Shown here: one piece after another, positions 49,452 to 56,078 of the stretch
Layout: each line of letters starts with the position of its first letter
How positions within the stretch are numbered: the stretch's first letter is position 1
NCBI GenBank assembly: GCA_021513695.1
Contig: CP084166.1
Span: forward strand, 2,688,001-2,752,000
Length of the DNA stretch: 64,000 bases
Source: Candidatus Heimdallarchaeum aukensis
GTDB lineage: Archaea > Asgardarchaeota > Heimdallarchaeia > Heimdallarchaeales > Heimdallarchaeaceae
Direction of reading: 5' to 3'
Translations under genes and position numbers: made by a program
The notes under the pieces: generated by a model
What the model was told of the DNA's origin: nothing
What the model saw: the letters and a program-made list of their open reading frames with translations, nothing else
Databases searched by the model: none

Positions 49452-51464
49452 GTGCGTGATAATTTTTTCTTTCTTAGAAGGTTAAATCTTTTGGGTAAAC
49501 TTGAGAAGTTCGATAAATATTTTTCTTCTATTGATTGGACTTCTATTTTGGATGAAATCAATGAACGCTTGTTTTTTTTTGGTGGAGGTTATAGTCGCAT
49601 TCTTGATTTATTTTCTGCTACTCTCATTGAACGTGGTATTTGGTTTGATTCTCGTTATTATATGAGCAATAAAGTTCTTAAAATTGTCTTTAAGGTTTTA
49701 TCTCAGTTTGCAGATAACAACCTTATTTTTTCTTTAGTTTCTGCTTTGGATGACTACGATTCTGATGTTCGTGCTGCTGTTGCTGAGCTGTTAGGTCTAA
49801 TTGGCCATTCTCTTGCTGTTGACCCCTTAATCAAATTACTCAAAGATGAGAATTGCTTTGTTCGCAGTAGTGTTGTCATAGCTTTGGGTAAGCTTGGTGA
49901 TCCTCGCTCCATTGCTGCATTTAATGATATTGCCTTATATGATGATTCCCAGGGTGTGCGTGCCGATGTTATACGATCCTTGAGAGAGATAGGTGATCCT
50001 CTTGGTGTTTCCCTTCTAATCGAAGCCCTAAAAGATGAGGATAGTATTGTTGTAAGAGCTGCTTTAGAAGTCTTGCTAGAATTGGTTGATTCTGGTTCTG
50101 TTGAGTTATTAATAGAAGCTCTAAAAGATAGGCATTGGTTTGTTCGCAGTAGTGTTGCAGAAGCGTTAGGCAAAATAGGAGACCCTAGAGCCATTGACTC
50201 CCTAGTAGCTGCCTTGAAAGATAAGGATTATTTTGTTCGCAGTAGTGTTGCAAAAGCTTTAAGTAAAATGGACGATTCTAGAGCCATTGACTCCCTAGTA
50301 GCTGCCTTAAAAGATAAAGATTTGCGAATGCGTCGTATTGCTGCAGAAGTGTTGGGAGAAATAGGTGACTCTAGGGCAGTTGAACCCTTAATAGATGTAG
50401 CTCTAAAAGATGAGGGTTTTTTTGTGCGTGAAAAAGCTATAATACTGTTAGGTGAACTAGGTGATTCTAGAGCAGTCAAGCCCTTAATAGAATTACTAAA
50501 AGATGAAGATTGGGAAGTGCGTCGTAATGTTGCAACAGCGTTGGGTAAAATAGGTGACCCTAGAGCCATTGAACCATTAATCAATGCAACTCTATATGAT
50601 GGTAATTGTGAAGTGTGTTATTTTTCTAAAGAGTCACTGATAAAAATAGGTGATATGAGTGCCGTTGAACCTCTAATAGAAGGACTGAAAGATAAGCATC
50701 CTTCTGTTCGTTGTGTTGCTGCTGAAGTGTTAGGTGAACTAGGTGATTCTAGAGCTGTCAAGCCCTTAATAGAATTACTAAAAGATGAAAATAGGAAAGT
50801 GCGTTGTGATGCTGCAGAAGCGTTAGGTAAAATAGGTGACCCTAGAGCCATTGAACCATTAATCAATGCAACATTATACGATGATGTTTTTCATGTGCGT
50901 AATAATGCTGCCTCGGCACTGAGAGAAATAGGCGTTTCTAGTGCTGTTGAACCATTAGTTAAACTAGCCTTATATGATGAAGATTCAGAAGTGCGTAAAA
51001 ATGCTGCTTATGCTTTAGGTGAAATATGTAATCCTAATGTCGTTGACCCATTAATCGATGCAGACCTATATGATGATGAGGAAGTGTGTGAAAATGCTTC
51101 CTCTGAGTTAGGTTTAAGATGTGATCCTAGTTCAGCTGAATTATTAGTAAATTTAACACTCTATGAGGAGGATTCAGTAGTGCGTGCAAGAGCTTTAAAT
51201 TTATTGGTTCAAATACGTGATTCAATTGCAATAGAAAAATTAATCAATATAGTGCTGTATGATGAAGATTCAGAAGTGCGTAAAAATGCCGCAAAAGCCT
51301 TAGGTGAGATAGGTGATACAAATTCATTTGAAACATTAATAATGAATGCCCTAGATGATGACGAGGGGAAAGTGACTAAAAATGTTGAAGAAGCTGTAAG
51401 AATAATGGGCGATCCTGAATTAATTGAATCACTAGAAGATGCCCTATTAAATAAGAGTTGGTAA
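49452..51464 (+). CDS. HEAT-repeat (PBS-lyase HEAT-like) protein with about 17 tandem 31-aa repeats. A likely ATG start is at ~49662.
   Basis: Reiterated 'D.xVR..AA.ALG.IGD.RAI.PLI..LKDE' units. The 5' 70 codons start with GTG and are low-complexity. Confidence 0.75.
   Translation: MRDNFFFLRRLNLLGKLEKFDKYFSSIDWTSILDEINERLFFFGGGYSRILDLFSATLIERGIWFDSRYYMSNKVLKIVFKVLSQFADNNLIFSLVSALDDYDSDVRAAVAELLGLIGHSLAVDPLIKLLKDENCFVRSSVVIALGKLGDPRSIAAFNDIALYDDSQGVRADVIRSLREIGDPLGVSLLIEALKDEDSIVVRAALEVLLELVDSGSVELLIEALKDRHWFVRSSVAEALGKIGDPRAIDSLVAALKDKDYFVRSSVAKALSKMDDSRAIDSLVAALKDKDLRMRRIAAEVLGEIGDSRAVEPLIDVALKDEGFFVREKAIILLGELGDSRAVKPLIELLKDEDWEVRRNVATALGKIGDPRAIEPLINATLYDGNCEVCYFSKESLIKIGDMSAVEPLIEGLKDKHPSVRCVAAEVLGELGDSRAVKPLIELLKDENRKVRCDAAEALGKIGDPRAIEPLINATLYDDVFHVRNNAASALREIGVSSAVEPLVKLALYDEDSEVRKNAAYALGEICNPNVVDPLIDADLYDDEEVCENASSELGLRCDPSSAELLVNLTLYEEDSVVRARALNLLVQIRDSIAIEKLINIVLYDEDSEVRKNAAKALGEIGDTNSFETLIMNALDDDEGKVTKNVEEAVRIMGDPELIESLEDALLNKSW
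50430..50890. repeat. Near-identical internal tandem duplication of about 280 bp (three HEAT units) inside the HEAT-repeat gene
   Basis: 'ggtgaactaggtgattctagagc.gtcaagcccttaatagaattactaaaagatgaa...ggtaaaataggtgaccctagagccattgaaccattaatcaatgcaac' occurs at ~50451 and ~50733, about 90% identical. Confidence 0.7.
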
Positions 51465-51466
51465 AT

Positions 51467-51564
51467 GTGATATGTGCTTGTTTTTTCTAAATGTAAAAAA
51501 TCAGAAACTGCTTAAAAGTTTCTTAGAAAAAAATCTTACCTTTTTTGTTAAATTTTTTCTTTTC
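51467..51564. repeat. Right copy of the ~95-bp direct repeat. Together the two copies flank the 4.1-kb ABC-2/HEAT module.
   Basis: 'ttttctaaatgtaaaaaatcagaaactgcttaaaagtttcttagaaaaaaatcttaccttttttgttaaattttttcttttc', same orientation as the left copy. Confidence 0.8.
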
Positions 51565-51597
51565 TCTTTCCTTTCTCTTCTTTTTTGCTAACTTTTG

Positions 51598-51810
51598 TTA
51601 ATACCTGAATCTTTCTCTAGATTTTAAATAAATTTCCATCAGTTTTGGTTTTTTTGACGCTCTATCCATTAGTTCTTCAATTTCTTTCTTTGGTTGTCCT
51701 TTTTCTGCTTTAATTCTTGATGTAGTAACGATCACATAAATTAACATCGCAGTAATAGCTAAAAAACCTCCAAAAACGATTATACCGAAGGCTACTATTA
51801 CTATATTCAT
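51598..51810 (-). CDS. Small single-TM protein (copy 1 of a tandemly duplicated gene)
   Basis: 70 aa 'MNIVIVAFGIIVFGGFLAITAMLIYVIVTTSRIKAEKGQPKKEIEELMDRASKK'. About 75% identical to 52082..52297. Confidence 0.45.
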   Translation of the reverse strand: MNIVIVAFGIIVFGGFLAITAMLIYVIVTTSRIKAEKGQPKKEIEELMDRASKKPKLMEIYLKSRERFRY

Positions 51811-51879
51811 CGAATAATAATAGCTTTCAACAATTAAATACTTTTGGAAAAAAGGTATAATTAATTATCTCTTAATTTT

Positions 51880-52065
51880 TTGTTCATATGCCTTCATTAG
51901 TTCCTTAAAGCTTCTTCTTTTGTAATATCTTTTGGATTTAAGGTAAGTGTTCCATCGTTTATCGCTTTTTCTGTTATTTCTTCTAGCTGTTCTTCTTTTT
52001 CTCCCTCCTCTTTCAATGTTTTTGGTAATTTTGTTAATTAACCTTTCTTGAAGTTCTTCTACTTT
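51880..52065 (-). pseudogene. 3'-terminal fragment (about 60 codons) of an iron-alcohol-dehydrogenase gene, frameshifted and with the stop mutated. It is a relic of a ~480-bp tandem duplication.
   Basis: The DNA aligns with the 3' end of the intact ADH gene at 52361..52545 ('ttcatatgccttcattag...aaagcttcttcttttgt.a.atcttttggatttaaggtaagtg'). There is a ~5-nt indel relative to the intact copy and a tta->ttg stop change. Confidence 0.55.
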
Positions 52066-52081
52066 TTTTTACTGACTTATG

Positions 52082-52297
52082 TTAAAACCATAATCTTCCC
52101 TTATACTGTAAATAATTTTCCATTAATTTTGTATTTTTTGCTGCTCTATCCATTAATTCTTCAATTTTCTTTTTTGGTTGTCCTTTTATTGGTTTGATTC
52201 TTGATGTCGTAGCAATTAGATAAATTAATATCGACATAATAGCAAAAAAGCCTACAAAAACAATTACTCCAAAGGCTACTATTAGTGAACTCATCAT
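52082..52297 (-). CDS. Small single-TM protein (copy 2)
   Basis: 71 aa 'MMSSLIVAFGVIVFVGFFAIMSILIYLIATTSRIKPIKGQPKKKIEELMDRAAKN'. Confidence 0.45.
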   Translation of the reverse strand: MMSSLIVAFGVIVFVGFFAIMSILIYLIATTSRIKPIKGQPKKKIEELMDRAAKNTKLMENYLQYKGRLWF

Positions 52298-52360
52298 ATA
52301 ATAATAGTATTCGACAGTTATATACTTTTGGAAAAAGGGTATTAATTATTTCTTAATTTT

Positions 52361-53551
52361 TTATTCATATGCCTTCATTAGTATCCTTAAAGCTTCTTCT
52401 TTTGTTACATCTTTTGGATTTAAGGTAAGTGATCCATCATTTATCGCTTTTTCTGCTATTTCTTCTAGTTGTTCTTCTTTCACTCCTGCTTCTTTCAATG
52501 TTTTTGGTAATTTTATTAGTTCATTTAACCTCTCTTGAAGTTCTTCTATTTTTTCTATGAACTTTCTAGCTCTTTCTTTTTCTTCAGTTTTTACATATAT
52601 TTCTTCTCCCGCTAGTGGTAAAAGTAGTTCTTTTAACTCTTCTTTAATCTCTTCGTAGTTGAATTTAAGCACATGTGGTAGAAATATGTTCATTGCTACT
52701 CCATGAGGAATTTTTGCTACTGCTCCTGCAGCGTGTCCTAAACTATGTACTAGACCGACCATAGAATTAGAAAAAGCTACTCCTGCCATTGTTGCTGCTA
52801 TTGCCATTTCTAATCTTCTTTCTTTGTCCTTTCCATTTTTCACTAGTTCAACGATGTTTTTACTAATTAATTCTATAGCCTTCCATGCATAGACGTCGCT
52901 AAAGAGGTTTTTTTGTAAACAAGTATATGCTTCTATAGCGTGAGTTAGTGCGTCCATAGCTGTTAAAGCTGTTATATAAGCTGGTAGGGTAATAGTCATT
53001 CGTGGATCTATTACTGCTACGTCAGGCATAAGATATCGTGAAGTAAATAACATTTTAGTTGCAGACTTGTCATCTTTTATCACAGCAACTGCTGTTACTT
53101 CTGAACCTGTACCTGCAGTAGTAGGAATAACAAAAAGAGGTCTAAGCGGACGTTTTAATCTTTCTGCTCCAGCAAATTCTTTTAGATCTTTTCCTTTTTC
53201 TGAAACTAAGATATTTACTCCTTTTGCTGTATCTATTACTGATCCTCCGCCTATTGCTATTATCCCATCACATTTTTTTTCATTATAGATTTCTGCTATT
53301 TTATTTACTTCCTCGGTTGAAGAATCTTGAGGTATGTCATCTATTATAGCAGGGAATATTACATCTGCTCCTCCACATGCTTTAATTACTTTATCTACCA
53401 ACCCTGCTTTGTTTACTCCTCTATCAGTGAGAATGATAGGTCTTTTTACTCTGAAATTATCAAATTCCGAAGGCAAGTTTTCTAAAGCTTTTTTGCCTGC
53501 TAATATTTTTGTCTTATTCTGAAATTCAAAATATTCTTTCATTTTTTTCAC
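52361..53551 (-). CDS. Iron-containing (group III) alcohol dehydrogenase
   Basis: 'AIGGGSVIDTAKG', 'TTAGTGSEVT', 'DALTHAIEAY' and 'GLVHSLGHAAG' are Fe-ADH metal/NAD motifs. Confidence 0.85.
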   Translation of the reverse strand: MKKMKEYFEFQNKTKILAGKKALENLPSEFDNFRVKRPIILTDRGVNKAGLVDKVIKACGGADVIFPAIIDDIPQDSSTEEVNKIAEIYNEKKCDGIIAIGGGSVIDTAKGVNILVSEKGKDLKEFAGAERLKRPLRPLFVIPTTAGTGSEVTAVAVIKDDKSATKMLFTSRYLMPDVAVIDPRMTITLPAYITALTAMDALTHAIEAYTCLQKNLFSDVYAWKAIELISKNIVELVKNGKDKERRLEMAIAATMAGVAFSNSMVGLVHSLGHAAGAVAKIPHGVAMNIFLPHVLKFNYEEIKEELKELLLPLAGEEIYVKTEEKERARKFIEKIEELQERLNELIKLPKTLKEAGVKEEQLEEIAEKAINDGSLTLNPKDVTKEEALRILMKAYE

Positions 53552-53556
53552 CTTTA

Positions 53557-55935
53557 TTAAATGTTAAAAGGAATTGAGAATAAATATAGGTAAATTCTAA
53601 CAATATATCTCTTCATTAAATTAATAGTAGGTATTTTTCGCATTATTCTTTTTGCAATAATTCTTGGAAAAAGATAGGTTTCTGTGATATTTAGGCAACG
53701 TATTAGAGACATAGCAATTTGAGTATCTCCTTTAACTTTTATTGCATTAGATGCATAAGCATGATGTATGCCTTTCTGAGCAGTCATTAACTCAAAAGCA
53801 GCGTCTATAGTTCTAAAAGTAATAACTAGATCTGCTTGTTTTTCTGGAATCTTTTGAGGATTTAAGACTCCTTTTTTATTCTTTAAAAGCCCTAAACTAG
53901 TTTCATAGTTATCTACATTAAATAAAATCTTGAAATTTGTTGGCCAAGATCTAATCTCTTGCTTAATATTAGAATCAATAGTTGATAATGTCTTCATTGC
54001 TCTTCCTAAAATTGTAAAAACTAAAGATACTATTCTTTCTTTAATTCTCTTAGGTTTAGGTTGGAATCCTTCTTCTATTCCTAACTTTTTCATGACCTTT
54101 GCTGTTGGGACACCGTTTCTTGAATAACCTCTAATCTTGTAATACTTTTCTTGCATCTCTTCTAAGGGGACAACTTTTTTCTTTTTATCGCTCTCTCTTC
54201 CTTCATTTAGGAATCGTTCAGGAAGAGTATCATCTATTCTTGAGACACCTATCAAGGTGTTCATATATCTTTCTAGAATATGAATTCTTTCACCTGCTTT
54301 GAGAAAATCACGAGAACTTTGTTTTATTCCAGTTACAGTTTCAAATAATTTAGAGTAAATACTTATATCTAATACTTTTTGCGTTATTCTTGGAAAATAG
54401 CTAATAAAGATTTTCAGAAATATTTTTGGCGGATACTTTGCTATTGGTGCTTCTAACATAAAGGCATAAGAAGTAAAAATACATAATTGTAGTGAATTAA
54501 TTGCTGAAAAGAGATTTTCCATGTAATAAACAAACTGTGCTTTAGCTCGCTTCGATTCTCCTTTAAGAAAATTGAAAAATGCTTCTAGGGTGAATAATGA
54601 TGCAGAAAGGTGACACGCTCCTCTATTTGCAACACTGTAGGATAGCCCTTGTCCCCAACATCCTCTTGGATCATATCCTGAAAATTCTAGACCTTTAATA
54701 TTCATTGCAAATCCTTTTCCACCATATTTTTCTGCTAGCCTTTTAGTTCCAAGGGCTAACTCTTCTCCTATTCCTTTTCTGTATGCAATGTCATAAAGTA
54801 TTTCAGAAACTCCTTCTGGAGAACCAAATTTTAGTGGAAAAGAAAAGAGATTTTTCTCATTAGCTTCTATGGCATATGCTAATGTTACAGATATAGAAAT
54901 AGTATCTAATCCTAATCTTGAACAAATTTCATTCCATTCAGCAATTTTTTCAGCATCATATATCTCTAGATTAGAACCAAATAAACTTGTGGTCTCATAT
55001 TCTGGAGCTTGAATTAATTTACCGTTGAACATTCCTTTATGTCCACAGAGGATTGCACAGTTCCTGCAAGAGCTGTATTTCTTATAGAATTCGGACTTTA
55101 ATCTTTCACCATACAGTTCACTAGCTTTTTCGCTCATACCTTTTGTGAAATTGCGAACTGGTAAGATCTTTTTTTCGTTACATATCCTAAAACCAGCGTT
55201 TGTGCCATAATTTCTGTATAAATCTGAAGTATATTCGTTTCTATTAATATACTTAATTGCTTTTCTTTTTATTTTCATGTATTTCTTTTCTTTTTTTGGT
55301 TTTATTCTGAAAGAACCTTTTTCAACAACAATAGCTTTAAGGTTTTTAGCTCCAAAGACAGCTCCTATTCCTCCTCTACCAAAAAATCTGTGTCCAGAAG
55401 CTACATTGGCATAAAGAACCCTATTTTCTCCTGCAGGACCAATAACTAGATTCCCTTTATTTTTTGCTTCTAGTAATTCTTGAGTCTCAAAGATATCTTT
55501 ACCCCAAATTTTAGAAGCACTGTTAAATGAAACACCGTTTTCTGTAATAGATAGATAAGTTGGTTCTTTTGCTTGCCCTTTTATTATTACTCCGTCATAA
55601 CCTACAGATTTCAAGAAAAACGCAAATGACCCTCCACAAGATGAAGAAACTATTAAACCTGTAAGCGGAGATTTAGTAACAGCAGCAAAGCGAGAAGAAT
55701 TGGGTGCACCAGTTCCAACCATTACTCCACCAAAGATGGCAATAATGTTATCTTCACCTAAAGGGTCACAAGACAGATCCATCTTTTTATATAGATAGTA
55801 AATGGCTAATCCCTTTCCTCCGAGATAAAGTTTTCTTTCTTCATTACTTATAGAAACTGTTGTAAAAGCTTTCTTTGTAAGATCAATCTCAAGTAGTTTG
55901 TTGTGAGACCCTAAAATCAACCTAGGACTAGTCAT
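53557..55935 (-). CDS. AOR-family aldehyde:ferredoxin oxidoreductase fused to a C-terminal SCP2 (sterol-carrier-protein-2) domain and a hydrophobic/basic tail
   Basis: Residues 1-~615 are collinear with the AOR at 5807..7651 ('GGKGLAIYYL', 'SPLTGLIVSSSCGGSFAFFLKSVGYDGVIIKG', 'GPAGENRVLYA'). Residues ~640-750 read 'NFKILFNVDNYETSLGLLKNKKGVLNPQKIPEKQADLVITFRTIDAAFELMTAQKGIHHAYASNAIKVKGDTQIAMSLIRCL'. This parallels the SCP2 core '[46 protein letters not shown]'. Confidence 0.8.
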   Translation of the reverse strand: MTSPRLILGSHNKLLEIDLTKKAFTTVSISNEERKLYLGGKGLAIYYLYKKMDLSCDPLGEDNIIAIFGGVMVGTGAPNSSRFAAVTKSPLTGLIVSSSCGGSFAFFLKSVGYDGVIIKGQAKEPTYLSITENGVSFNSASKIWGKDIFETQELLEAKNKGNLVIGPAGENRVLYANVASGHRFFGRGGIGAVFGAKNLKAIVVEKGSFRIKPKKEKKYMKIKRKAIKYINRNEYTSDLYRNYGTNAGFRICNEKKILPVRNFTKGMSEKASELYGERLKSEFYKKYSSCRNCAILCGHKGMFNGKLIQAPEYETTSLFGSNLEIYDAEKIAEWNEICSRLGLDTISISVTLAYAIEANEKNLFSFPLKFGSPEGVSEILYDIAYRKGIGEELALGTKRLAEKYGGKGFAMNIKGLEFSGYDPRGCWGQGLSYSVANRGACHLSASLFTLEAFFNFLKGESKRAKAQFVYYMENLFSAINSLQLCIFTSYAFMLEAPIAKYPPKIFLKIFISYFPRITQKVLDISIYSKLFETVTGIKQSSRDFLKAGERIHILERYMNTLIGVSRIDDTLPERFLNEGRESDKKKKVVPLEEMQEKYYKIRGYSRNGVPTAKVMKKLGIEEGFQPKPKRIKERIVSLVFTILGRAMKTLSTIDSNIKQEIRSWPTNFKILFNVDNYETSLGLLKNKKGVLNPQKIPEKQADLVITFRTIDAAFELMTAQKGIHHAYASNAIKVKGDTQIAMSLIRCLNITETYLFPRIIAKRIMRKIPTINLMKRYIVRIYLYLFSIPFNI

Positions 55936-56078
55936 TTTTTTTAAAAGAAAAGAACTTGTTTAAATTTTTTTGTACTGGTAACGGAAATATTATGGTTTTC
56001 TATATTGGTAGAACTCAAAGAGAGAAAGTGAAAAAAAATGAAGAAGCAAACAAAAAAAGAAAAAAGAAAAAAAGGAGT

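Noticed and set aside
49754-50866. Three long minus-strand ORFs (49754..50194, 50228..50584, 50618..50866) with repetitive 'MALGSPILPNA...' translations
   Set aside because: They lie antisense inside the HEAT-repeat gene. Their repetitiveness mirrors the sense-strand 93-bp repeats. The sense frame has the clear protein-repeat signature, and the antisense frames are artefacts of the periodic sequence.
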